NCBI GenBank assembly: GCA_030141605.1
Contig: JAQGDQ010001244.1
Coordinates: 1 to 52,569 of the forward strand
DNA from: Tubiluchus corallicola
Taxonomy: Eukaryota; Animalia; Priapulida
DNA: 52,569 bases
Reading direction: 5' to 3'
Part shown: positions 38,491-50,410 of the stretch, one piece after another
Numbering within the stretch: the first letter of the stretch is position 1
How the letters are laid out: each line of letters starts with the position of its first letter
Made by a program: the position numbers and the translations under genes
The notes under the pieces: model-generated
What the model saw: only the letters and a program-made list of their open reading frames with translations
Database searches by the model: none
Told to the model about the DNA's origin: nothing

Positions 38491-39693
38491 GGTAGGAATT
38501 ATTGGACTTCCTCTGCTATGTTATTACTTTTTGTGTTTTTTGTTTTTTTGCGTTATGTGTATCCCTTTGCATGACTAGTGACAATCTCAAAATTAGCAAT
38601 TGGCGATTTTTTTGCATTTTCTTTTGCTTTCCACTTGAATAGTGCAGGTGTACCGGTAAAAACATCGTGTTCTCTGAATTTTATATTTTGAGATAGCTTA
38701 AAGGACAAGAAAATGGGCACCTGAAGTAGGTTTCAGAAAAATCACCTTAAAAAATTGTACTACTTTACAGCAATTTTATGTACATATCGTATTTGCGTTC
38801 AAAGGAATTTTCGTTTGTTTTCATTTTAAATCTCCTGCAATGCTGTTCCGACGGCGCCATTATATGACGTCACTACGCCACGTAAATCAGGAGAAAAGGC
38901 AATGTTAAATTGTGACCCAAAAAACTTACCGTGCAAATCTATGTTACTTAGCAATTCACTTACCTGCTGGAAAGACTTATGTAACTAGACTAATAATTTT
39001 AAATGTTTGTCCCAATTGGTAAAATGTCGCTGACTCACCCTCCAGAGTGCGCCACTCACTAGCCAAAAACGTATTTTTAATCTTATTGACAAGATACAGT
39101 AATTTAAAATTTTACTTAATTAGCAACATGTATGCTACGAATGCTCCGATTATTTTTTCAAACTTAATGTTATCAAAGCTTGTTTCAAACGACCTACCAT
39201 TAAAATGGCTGCGCCTAACGGTCATCCCGGGAGTTTAAATTTACACGTTTTATTTCAGCGTTACGGCTGATGTAAGCCATGCATATGAAAGGTAGTATGT
39301 AAGTGGTATAAAATTTCGAGACGAATTTTTTAAGCTTTATGTAAGTGCAGGGTTTTCTTGTGCTTTAAAGCTAACAGATGTTCGTGGCCTTTCTAACCGT
39401 TTACCATTATCTTATAGTTTAAGCCATCTGTCTAAATCTAACGTGAGTAGTCAGATGCTATGTTATTCGCTTCAATCATTCAAGATACACCCTTTCGTGA
39501 GTAACTATTATTGGTAACTTGAATCGCCATCCACTCCGTCATATGCTTATGGCCTTGAATACCCTCCAGCCACAAACTGTTATAGTCTTGACATCATCGC
39601 CCTTTTATCAGCTTTGGGCTTTACTAACTCGCCATTGCTAAATAGATGACAGTTGAAAAAACATGGTCATTTATCAGCTTTGCACTTTACTAA

Positions 39694-39903
39694 AGCGGCG
39701 ATTATATAGCATGCGGTTGCGGATGCGTTTTTCACTACGGAATACTCTGCGGAAACCCTGCGGAAAAAATCAATAGGAAGTAGCTGCAGAAAAAGAATAA
39801 CGTATACGCAGACTGCATAAACGGCTGCATTGAAAACAATATAAACCGATTGTATCTATTCCGCACCTCCCAAAACGCTTCTACATCCTACATAAAAGCC
39901 ACT
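39694..39903. mobile_element. PIF/Harbinger (Tourist-like) MITE, 210 bp
   Basis: Imperfect TIRs AGCGGCGATTATATAGCATG...GCGTTTT / AAAACGC...CATCCTACATAAAAGCCACT, flanked by TAA and TTA. It interrupts the second unit of a ~66-bp duplication whose first unit shows the empty site. Confidence 0.65.
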
Positions 39904-42105
39904 TTACTCGCCTTTGTGAAATAGTGACAACTTCTGGAAAAAACATACTCAGCGAACTTGCCTGGTTTCGATTAAGGTAAATTGGAATCACAATAAAATA
40001 TATAGGCATGAATCCATTATTTTTTGAAATGTCTATGTTTGAGAGAGCGCAAGCCCAATATAATTATGTGATTCAGTGTAGCCTAGCTCTCTCTCGCCTT
40101 CGTCAATGGCAATACAGTATCGTGAACACTTAAAGCTGCAAAATCGCCAAACAATATATGAAGAACATAATTGCTTTGCTTCTTCGGTTATGTGTAAAAA
40201 ACAAGATTTTGTTTTTTTGCGGAAACTTTTCACTTGTCACCGTGGCCAAGTAAATTAGCCAAGGCCATTAGCAGGTGATAGTGGAAGACTGTTACAAAAC
40301 GACAGTGAAGAAAAAGGTACTATTTAAATTTGTTTGTACCACGAAATTACTGGTAGAAGAGTAAATCAAGTCAACTAATAATGCGTTGCATATTGCTGCT
40401 GTAAAACTGAATAATAAACGATCCCTCGAGCTTACCACAAAAAGGGAATTTCAATGGCTTCCTCCCACGACTTCCGCCTGATGTCATGTCTTTGGAATGG
40501 CATCCGCAATCTTATAATTCATGTGCACATGTTTCTGTGCACAGCAATTTTCATGAAGCGTGCCTCAAAGTGCTTCTATTGCAGCTTTTCGGGATCATCG
40601 AATTTTATATTTAAAGTGCAGCGCTTTTGTGTGGCCGGTTTTAAAAAACTGAGCGCTGTAAGTGAATTAATTACCGTTATTACATTTTCTTATTTGCATA
40701 TTACACATGTTGACACATTACAATGGTAGAATTCCAGGTATTACGATTATTTACACCTATTAATGTCCCCAAGAGCGCATAAGCTATAATTAAGCAAGAC
40801 ACGCGTCATTAGATTTCTTCTTTTTCGGGTTATAATCAAAGCCTTTCAAGTTATCTGTCCCTGGTTTGAGTCTGAGTCGATTTATGGACTTTTTTATAGT
40901 GCTATGGAAATTTCTCTCGTGATTACCATGATGTAAGCCGTTTAACTCTTTTTTGCTCTATGTGTTCGGTGCTTTATACAAATTATACGTCACCGACGTT
41001 GGCTGTTTTTCAGTTCATGATTAACTGACATTGTTCTGGCATTATATTTTGTAACATGCAAAAATGTTTCGGTCGTGACTTAAAAATCACCAGAAGACTA
41101 TAAACTTGTAACTTTTACTTTCGAAAGTTAATGTATTGTAAATTATAGTGCTGTGAAATTTATAGTTTTTTACGTTATATTAGTTGTGCTAATAAAGTGT
41201 AATAAAGTACAACACAGTGCAGTACAATGCAATATTATATAGTATTTCCTATCAGTAATTTGCTAATTTATTTTGTTTAATAATACGTTTGTATCATAGT
41301 CAGTCATGATAATGTCATTATGTGTTGTTAGGCCTTTTCATTTAGCCTTACTGTGAACTTTGCTTTTTGTTGTTAGTAGTACATAGTTCTTTGTTGCTAC
41401 TAGTTCATCTCGAGGTTTGAAAAACTTCTCAAAATTAAAAACACATCTTTCCTGCAAGCACCTTAACTTATGTAAATATGTCCCATTAGTTTTGTGTAAG
41501 TTTCTTAATACAAACTTATGATTGGGGATTTAATTTCTTCTTTTAATTAATACAGTGCGACGCGATAACTTTTTTGTAGTGTAGATTTTAAAACGAAATT
41601 CATGTACAAGGGTTTATGCTGTACAATACAAATAGCGATACAGGGACAATTCCCGGGGAAAACATCTTGACTGATTTCTTCTTCGCGTAAACATTCTCGA
41701 CATTTTTACCCCTACAAGCAAGGAAGCAGCCAAGTGTGTAAACAGATAACTGTGAGACTGCCACTCTAGAGAACCTCAGTAGAGAAGAAGCCTTGCTACA
41801 CTGTGAATAAAGTGCTTGTAGGGATTGAGAGCATACCTGTGTGTTGCTCAATTTGAGGACAGTTTTAAAATTAGCCTAAAGCTGTTTGTTGGGTGCTACC
41901 AAATTTCATTTTCCATTCAGTTGATGGCGTCAAAATTTTCATTATTTTTGATTTTTTTAAACAAGGGGCTATGCAAGTCGTGCATTATAAATGTGATAGT
42001 GTAACAAATTCAAATGGGAATCTAATACACAAATATTCCGCTAATAATAATGTCAAAAAATTAAACAAATAACAAGCAATAGTGAGTTTTCTAACGAAAC
42101 CAGTT

Positions 42106-42279
42106 TTACTTTAGCTCACAATATGCAGGTTGTACGTCAGCTTTCAACCTGACGATGTAATCAAAAGTCGTGTCTGGCATAAACTGAATGATAAGTTTGA
42201 CAATCCAATCAAATGCATTTGGTTCATACTGATGCTTCGGTTCAGCGTCTAGTACAGCATTTACTACAGCATCCACATC
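42106..42279 (-). CDS. SDR exon 6 (terminal, stop TAA)
   Basis: ATTGTAG acceptor; DVDAVVNAVLDAEPKHQYEPNAFDWIVKLIIQFMPDTTFDYIVRLKADVQPAYCELK*, matching the family C-terminus (V.A..HA....P..RY....P....D). Confidence 0.85.
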   Translation of the reverse strand, partial: DVDAVVNAVLDAEPKHQYEPNAFDWIVKLIIQFMPDTTFDYIVRLKADVQPAYCELK

Positions 42280-45200
42280 CTACAATGTACAAATGACAAG
42301 CTTTACTTCCAACTTAGTAGCATACCCATCTATATCAATACATCCTTATTTCACTAGGGGGTCATTCCATATGAATTCACCTGCCCTTAAGAAAACATCC
42401 TGGTAACCTTCACAGATTCTGTTTAAAAAAGTTCAAAAACTGTACGTACACGAATGTAACAACAGTAAAATGTTATATTCCAGCTCCTTGTAGTTTGGGG
42501 AGCAGAGATGTTTGAATTTTACTTAATTTACTTAATTAACTGTTTATTTTTGAACTGAAATTTATTTGATTGACAATGGCCGGAGAGCTAAATTGGTTGC
42601 TTAAATTTTGCAAAAGTTCAAAAACCTAATCTTCGTTTCGGACTCAAATCAACGTGAAATTCTTAGTATTGCATCTTTATACTTCGTTATATAGTTTAGC
42701 TGAAGAGTGATTAAAATAGGCGCGTAATTATTAAGCAAAAGTACATAATGATATTTGCAATAAGATGATTTAGCAGAATCATCTTCGTATTGACAATAAA
42801 CGGACAAGCTGCATCTTAGTAAGATTTGTAAATAGTATGACAAAGGTATCGACTAAAAACCACATTATTGATTAAACGTTTACAATACTACGTAATGTAA
42901 AACCAGACCATACCTAGTTATGTGGTCTTCAACATATCCTCAATAAGGAGCCTCAAGGAGATAAAATAGGGCAAGGAGGCTAAGTACTATACTAACCGTG
43001 TCTAATAAGGTTGGGAACAAATTATATAGATTTCAGAAGAAACCTATTAGTAAGAGAATATAGTTCACGAATTATTTAATTGACAATTAGGCAGAAGAGC
43101 TAGTAGTACTATACTATCTACAGACTTATTCAGGAAAAGTTGTCACCCGTTTCCTGTGGCAGATCCAATCAACCAGGGTAAGCAAAAAGAATAAACAAGC
43201 TGTGTCTTGATATACTGGCGCACTTGACAGTCCTTAACAAATACAAGTTAATTCCTTTGTTCACACTTACAGTGGTTGCTGTGTTATGCTCTGTGCTTAA
43301 AAGCACTCTTACACAGCTGTACCAAATATTTATTTGTTTTTTATTATTTTTTTATTCACCCGAGATGAAATAAAAAATATTATTCGTATATAAAGTCTTA
43401 CGTAGACCATTAGGTAAAAAGTTCAAACTTTCTAATATGAATATTCTTTTTCTCTAATTGTACCTCGTCTATGTTTGCACTTGCATTTTGTACTTGGTTT
43501 TTGTAAACTCGTTTCTTGATGCTGTCACGGTATCTCTCACCATAGACTTCGCGTATGTGCGGTCTTTCAGGATCGTTGTACAGATTGTCAAAGTATTTGA
43601 ATGCTACATTGCTGTCATTAATTGGTGTTCTAGGAAAATAAAAACCATGCTATATTTTGTTACATAATTATTTGTTATGGGAAATCATTTACCGTGCTAT
43701 TACTGCTTGTTTGTACTTTTATGAAATAGGCATTTTTTTCTTTACAGTTTAGTGTTCAAAGCAATTTTGTACTATGTTTTCTTATTCTTTTATTATACTG
43801 TCTATGGCTTCTCTGACCATCTGTCATGAATTTGTGACACTAGCAAAATAAGTCGCAGAAATAGTTTTGTTGAGTGTCCTCTTTTTCTGTAACTTTTGTT
43901 ATTGTGTCATTAACTTACCTATAGGCTTTTGGCTCAATTCTAATGACCTTTATTCCAAATGGTTCGAGTTCTTTGCGAATAGTATCATTGTATGCTTTGG
44001 TAGCTGCTTTGGACATGGAGTAAGGCCCAAGAAAGGGTGCATATAGCCTAGCTGAAGTACGTAAAAACATAATGATAAATTCTCGAAAACAGGTTACTAG
44101 TAAGGATTTTAGCCGAATTCATAGAAGCTTTGCGCTCCCAGAAAGGAGCTTTCTGCGCTGAAAAGTTTACTATCGGAAAACCCCAAACTAATGAACCCCA
44201 AATCAGTTGTGCATGCTGCAGAAAGTATGTAAGCGAACCTGGCTTGTGGAAGATGCTGTAAGACTTCACCTTAAGCTGAGGTCACGGTGATGGTTAGGAG
44301 ATGTTATTATGATAAAAGTTATGTACATCACATTCACATAAGAAATTTAAAAGTTCAAGTAACGTCTAAACCTCTTAGAACAAAATGATTTTTATATTTA
44401 TTTATCTATAGATTATCCGATTATTCGTAAACAGTTGCTTTTAGTGGTGATACAAATTCATAAAATTACTTTTAACTATTCGTTAACTATTCGACCTTGC
44501 AACATGTTATTCATCTTTTATGATTTGTAGACGCTGTCGTCATTTGCTTTAAATCCATTCAGAGCAATAAGGCTACATAAATACATTCCACTTTTAAGTT
44601 GACATGTTAAACTGTAGTGAATAACACTTACCAGCAATACTAATAACATTGATTATACGTCCCTTGGATTCACGTAGCAGTGGTAGAAAATGGTGTGAGA
44701 CATTCTGGACACCAAGTGTGTTAACTTCTAAGACCTTTCTATAAACATGGACGTCTGCCCATTCTGCTGGTGCCAGAGAACCAATACCAGCATTATTAAC
44801 AATGGCATGAAGCTCTATAATACAAATAATCATTAAATTTATACGTATTCTAGTCAGTCAAGAATGTAAAGAGAGTTCAGGAGTTTATTTGTTTCCACAC
44901 CTGCATCTTTGCAATAACGTCATTACAACGCAGAGTATTTCCAGAAGTACAATAAATAAACTTTAGTTAGCTGACAATGCCTGCCACGTGCACAATAATT
45001 TTTACGCATTCAGGTTGACCATAAAAAACTAAGAATTGATAAATGAAATGACATGAATAATACTAAACATGTGAGATGAGGTAATGATCCTGGTGAATGA
45101 ATGATGAAATGGAGCAAGTCACGATCATGATTATAATGCATTCGCATTTGACTGTTGAACACAATCGCATTTTTATTAAGATTGCAGTGACCACCATTAT

Positions 45201-47753
45201 CAATAAACATAATTTCTTTCATTATATCCTATATCTTTTTTGTATTATTTTAACTGTCATTAACCTTTCCTTGTAATACTGTAGTTTTGGTGTTTTTATG
45301 ACTGTATTAAGTTCATTTCTGTATCGTTTATATTCTAACTCAGATATGTTATTGTTTGTCTTGATCACTAATAAGTGATACATTTTATTTTTCCGTTTAA
45401 CACTTTCTAAATTGGCCACAGTATTCCAGTTTTTTTTGTTACATTACGATCAATTATTATTGCTGCTCAGTATTTTAATATTTTTGTTATAGATATCTGA
45501 AGGTTTGGTTACTTTAGTATAAAATTAGTATCGATGTTAGTTGTAGAATGTAAATCTGTCCAACGGCATCGATTTAAATCTTGAATAATTTTGTTTTTTA
45601 TGTGATCAATATAAATATATTTACGCATGTGTTCTTTACTGAATATTTCAAATTTGAAATCGATAAATAAAAAAAAACAAGAGGTGATCTGTTATAAACG
45701 TATTATACACTTATCTCTATTAGAAAAAAAAACAGATTTATAGTCTAGTTCATTAATAAACATATTATGCAATTAGTGTTGCTGAGTAAGGCGTGATTCT
45801 AGTTGCTCTCCTAATAATAGGGAACAGATAACTGGTCAGCATTGTACCTAAAAAGTTAAGTTCAGTCTTGCTACATAATTCAATGAAAAAGACTGTCTGG
45901 ATCATCTCGATGTGACAACTTCTTTTCTCACTGTATATGGAAAGTCTTTTCTTGCAGTAAGCCAATTCCGCCACCTGATTTTTGTTTACCATTTATGCAC
46001 TGAAATTTATATCCGGGCAGGGAAAAGCTCACTCCTGCATCGTCTTGTAGCCTTGTTTCTGATAGGGCATTAATTGAAAAACCTATGTAGTTAATGATTC
46101 TAATATACATTTAAATAATGAAAATTTGCTTTTAGGCAACGAATATTAACGTGGATCGTAAATGGTGGTGTACTGAAATCAGTGTTACTGTAACTGATCC
46201 TCATCGCATTAATTACTTTTTGGCCAGTTAACGAGCTTCTTGCAGTAAATTACGCAGCAACCAACGAGTGTTCTGAAACCTAGTTAATCCGGTACACTAT
46301 GTCCGCTACTCAATCAGGAAAACAGCCTCCCAAACAAACACCCATGTTAAATCTTTATAAATAACAATCAACGAATAAAAACAAATCCCCCCTCCGTGCA
46401 AGTATATGTATCATGTTCAAAGAAGCAGTACCGTCATTATTAACAATAGCATGAAGCATGAAGCTCTCTAAAGTCTCTATTCTGTTAATCTACTAATCAG
46501 TCGGTCGGATAATGTTGAATGGCTAATTAACCTTACTGCAATGGAGAGGCAACAAATTAAGAAAGTCAAACCTAGATAAGTAAGCATATACCATGTCCAT
46601 TTGTACTTTGTATATTTGTTTTGTTTGATATAGCATTTGCTTCCTATATAAATTGGAAGTCGCTAGACACACTGTGCACTATAATAAAAAATTTTACACC
46701 CATACATCGAATCATAAAATCAGTAACTCACGCTTTCCGTTCAAATTCTCTGTTACGTACGACAAAGCGTCTTTGATATTTTGATCAACTGTAACATCAA
46801 GCTGAACTATGTGCAAGGAGCTTGAACATTCCCTCTTTAACTTCAGTGCATCTTCATTTTCTGAAAACAGGCATCCAGCAAAGACTGTAATGCCAAGTTT
46901 GTCAAGTTTCCTGGCCACCTTGTTGCCAAACCCTGTATCACATCCTAGCAATTAAAGAATAAGCATCAAAAAATTAACTGTATGTAGCTTTGCTAGCTTA
47001 ATTTTCTTTTTGACTTATCATTACTACTTTTTTAACTGCCAAAGATCGATAAAGAAAAATATGTACACGGTATATAGGACATAAATTAAAAATCTTCATT
47101 GTTGTTGCCATCGCCACCAATGTAGATGCCATCATTCTCATCCTGGAATCCTCATTGCTTCAGTCATCACCGTCACTTTTATTTTTCCATTGTCATCAGC
47201 ATCAACAGACTGACCAATGCCCAGTTAAAAGTTCAGTATGTTTCAAGTCACCACACAGAAATGCATGACATTCAACTAAAACAATTTTAGCAGAAGAAAA
47301 AGTAAAGGTAAAAGTCTGTTTATAAGATAATTTTCATTAGTATGCATGTTTGTATTACTGTTTTTGAGTTTAGACCCAAAGAAGAATTTATGTATGAATA
47401 AAGTATGTATATCAGTTCTTAATATAAATATACTGTATTATATGATTTGTAGTACTGTATTTCAGAGCGGCAAACAAAATGACAAAGATGGCTTTTTATA
47501 TGTTAAATCATTTTGTTAAATAAATTAAAGTTAACTCACCTGTAATAAAAACGCATCTCCCTGACGTTGAAATGTACCGTTTCGTTCTCAGTCGTTCATA
47601 AATCTTGCAAAAAATGTAGAATAATGAAGAAGAAATGATTAATTTAATTGTAAATGTCAAAATCCAGTGATTAGTCAGAAGTGTCACTAAGAATATACTA
47701 GCAAATGCAACAAGATGCACAGCTCTTTGATTTTTCGTCTTTTCTTGATTCAT
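42106..47753 (-). CDS. Short-chain dehydrogenase/reductase, SDR9C-type (retinol dehydrogenase / 17-beta-HSD / BDH1-like), 6 coding exons, 360 aa: 47753-47540, 46944-46732, 44814-44632, 44051-43919, 43629-43464, 42279-42106
   Basis: All introns are GT-AG with consistent phases (1,1,1,2,0); exon lengths sum to 1083 nt. Hydrophobic N-terminal anchor, VFITGCDTGFG, LDVT, IVNNAG, catalytic YSMSK, ELEPFGIKVIRIEP and YGE.Y motifs are present. Confidence 0.92.
43464..43629 (-). CDS. SDR exon 5
   Basis: TTTTCCTAG acceptor; TPINDSNVAFKYFDNLYNDPERPHIREVYGERYRDSIKKRVYKNQVQNASANIDE; GTACAA donor. Confidence 0.85.
43919..44051 (-). CDS. SDR exon 4 (catalytic YxxxK)
   Basis: CTTCAG acceptor; RLYAPFLGPYSMSKAATKAYNDTIRKELEPFGIKVIRIEPKAY; GTAAGT donor. 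Not in the ORF track. Confidence 0.9.
44632..44814 (-). CDS. SDR exon 3 (NNAG)
   Basis: TTATAG acceptor; LHAIVNNAGIG...EVNTLG...LPLLRESKGRIINVISIA; GTAAGT donor. Confidence 0.92.
45220..46160 (-). mobile_element. Decayed L2/CR1-group LINE ORF2 N-terminal part (AP-endonuclease and linker) in SDR intron 2
   Basis: INALSETRL...FSLPGYKF...KSGGGIGL; FPIIRRATRITPYSATLI (PTR.T..S.TLID); KRKNKMY...YKRYRNELNTVIKTPKLQYY. Many frameshifts. Confidence 0.88.
46427..46515 (-). pseudogene. Decayed partial duplicate of the 5' part of SDR exon 3
   Basis: CAGTACCGTCATTATTAACAATAGCATGAAG(CATGAAG)CTCT matches CAATACCAGCATTATTAACAATGGCATGAAGCTCT at ~44782-44816. It encodes LHAIVNNDG versus LHAIVNNAG. Confidence 0.65.
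46732..46944 (-). CDS. SDR exon 2 (GCDTGFG Rossmann motif)
   Basis: TTGCTAG acceptor; CDTGFGNKVARKLDKLGITVFAGCL...LDVT...; GTGAGT donor. Confidence 0.92.
47540..47753 (-). CDS. SDR exon 1 (start codon, transmembrane anchor, VFITG)
   Basis: MNQEKTKNQRAVHLVAF...GRCVFIT G|GTGAGT donor. Confidence 0.85.
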
Positions 47754-49676
47754 TGCAGCTGTATTATTCGTGTCTATCTATCAAAGATTAAACCACACAA
47801 AACGTGAGTGACGTGCAAGTCGTGAAATTTTTCAGAATTTTTTTTACTTTTTGAACTTTACTCCTGTAGATAACACGTCAGCTGTTTAACACTAAAGTGT
47901 ACTAAAAATACACCAACAATGCCAATGGCGTTGGTGGCGTGTCATAGGCGTACGGGCTGATTTTTCCAAGCGATTTATAAAATCCAAGCGGTTTTTGACA
48001 CGGTAAAATGCAAAATCAAGTGTTCGGATTATAGGGCATTTGTCAAATGTCATACTTTAAGAGTGAGACTTGAAAGTACAAATCAAATGTGTCTTTCGTA
48101 GGATCTCTGATTGTGACAAAATTTGCCAGACTACAAAAATAACAACAACTGCCACCGATGCCGCCGCCGCTGTAGCAGCAGCAGCAAAACAGCAAGTTTG
48201 GCCACATGTAGCCATGCTGTAAGTGAAGTAAAAATCCCTAAGTAAAAATTTAACCCCTTTTCTCCCGTAACAAGATAACAGCAGTGGAAGGATTCAAGAT
48301 GACTGTATTGTGTACATTATAAGCAAATTTTCGAAGTTTTTTTTTGTTAATGATTAAGCGGAAAATACTAATTTTGCTGTGATTAACTTGCAGCAGTTAG
48401 TGTACATTGCTATGCAATTATTTTGTAAATAACTATTCCATAAATTATTCGAGTATTGATGGTAAACTCTGCCAGCTGTTACTTTGCAAGTCTTTGTATC
48501 GCCAGGGCTGTACTTGTGCATGCATATTTGTGTACAAACATGAACTTGTCAGATGTGCTCTGCCCCCTTGATTAATGTGCTCCCATCTGTCCTCTAAATC
48601 TTTCAACACGCGTTTAAGGACGCCACAGACAGTCGCCAACTCATTTCAGTCTCTGGGAGACCTGCAAATACGATATTGTAATTGAGATTAAATTAATGTG
48701 GCGTTGTACCATGCTTATGATCCAAGAACCATTGACACGTTATTGTTGTAATTCATCTACTGTTTGGGGTTTGATAAATGAGTAGCAGTTTTTCACGTAC
48801 CCCTACTGTTTACTGATTTTCTGCTTGCCCAATTTCAAGTCATTGCTGTTATATGAAAATTTTAGACATTGCAATGCATTAATAAATTTTAGTAGGAAAT
48901 GATGAGCAATAGCTGCGCTCGTACGTATCTCGGAAATATAGAAGAGGTCAAAAGCCGTCGGCAAGTGCAACGGCTACTATAAATTGACGGGCAAAATGAG
49001 AACTTTTCATTGTACTACCCATGAAATATGGTAATCATGAGCTCGTAATGTTCGTAATTCTGACGCTTTTCTGACTGCAATTTGAAGCTTCCACTGAAGG
49101 ACATGACTTAATTTGTTTTCGTTCAAAGGTAAATAATGGAATGTTTTTATTTTAGTACTTGAGTTAGAATACTTCGTCAGTTTGTTATACGCAACACGCA
49201 CGAAAAATAATACGAAGAAGATGCTGCTAGCTAACGGTGTGTCCAGTCTTATTACATTTGACTAGATAGTATTGTAGTTCATGACCAATAGTCATTCAGT
49301 TATTTAATCTTGATTGTTTTGTCGCAGAGCAAAAATGAAAAAAAAATTTACTTGATATAACTAAGGTATTCAGAGTGGTTCTCTAAAGCCTTTTATCGCA
49401 CAGTCCCATGAATCATGAAAGAACCAACTCAACCAAGTTAATGTGGATGTTTACACTGACATATTTATGGTATTAAAACGGTCATACAATTTGTTGGGGT
49501 TTCGCGACTGCCACTTCATGATAATATATAAAATATGTATGACATGTAAATTTAGTTACGTTTATACTATGGGAAGCGATGCACGGCAGTTGAAAAAATC
49601 ATGAAATCATTTAGAGAAGAAAATATTCATCTAAATTTTATTATTTCACTTAATGTGGGTTTACAATAGCATTATC

Positions 49677-49768
49677 GTGGTTCAGGAGGTTGGAAATACT
49701 GCTGTATTAAAACACAACGTGTCGAAATAATGTTTTAATAAAGCAGCATTTCCAACTATCTGGGCTGT
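49677..49768 (+). ncRNA. Candidate microRNA precursor-like hairpin
   Basis: GTTGGAAATACTGCTGTATTAAAACA (49689-49714) pairs with TGTTTTAATAAAGCAGCATTTCCAAC (49731-49756) at 24/26 around a 16-nt loop. A ~12-bp basal stem forms mostly through G:U pairs on the + strand. No known seed was recognised. Confidence 0.4.
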
Positions 49769-50149
49769 TGCTGGTCACTCAGCTACATAAATATGGATGA
49801 TTATCATGGTTTCCTAGAGGTGTAGCAACCCTATTCACAAAATGCGTCACCGCTCAACTGAATGTCAAGCCCTTTTCCGCTGCAACGAAATGTGATTACT
49901 TTACTTCATCGAATGCCTGTATGAAAACATTCTAGATGGACGCTTCACTCTTGGGACAATTTCTCATTCTGTCAGCTCTATTTGCTTTCCTGTCTCCCTC
50001 TTTATTTGCTCTAATATACGTCGTGCCATTTTAGTTGGGAAGCCACCAGACACAATGGTGTGTGCGGTACAGAGAGGTCGACGATGTGCAGAAACACGGC
50101 AGTTTTATACACAAAATCTCGATAATTCGCGGCTTCCCCAAATTCTTTT

Positions 50150-50410
50150 ATTTCTTTAATCCGGCTTAAATATCATAAGCGTGATGCTCTTTAATCGTGC
50201 AATTATGACAGCAAAGATTAAAGAGGAGTTTGGAGAATGATGGGTAATATTTTTCGGAGAAGTATTAGTGAGGGGACGCCAGAGAATAGACTTCTTTGAC
50301 AATATGACGGGCAAACCATGATGATAGGAGAGCCATTGAAATTGCACCAGAAAGGCCTTTGGACAAAACGACTGGAACACCATGAACAATACTAGAGAAT
50401 GACATTAACA
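50150..50410 (+). mobile_element. RTE-clade LINE 3' remnant
   Basis: LFNRAIMTAKIKE...RGRQRIDFFDNM resembles the RTE ORF C-terminus (IM.GKI.GKR.RGRQR..Y.D). Stops are present. Confidence 0.45.

Noticed and set aside
38698-39238. TTAA-AGG start suggesting a Kolobok/piggyBac-type element
   Set aside because: No matching inverted right terminus was found.
25086-40729. Numerous 60-110 aa ORFs in the ORF track
   Set aside because: No recognisable domains, many non-ATG starts, and composition typical of random AT-rich DNA.
41600-41851. Minus-strand ORF as a candidate last SDR exon
   Set aside because: 42279-42106 fits phase, acceptor and family C-terminal pattern much better.
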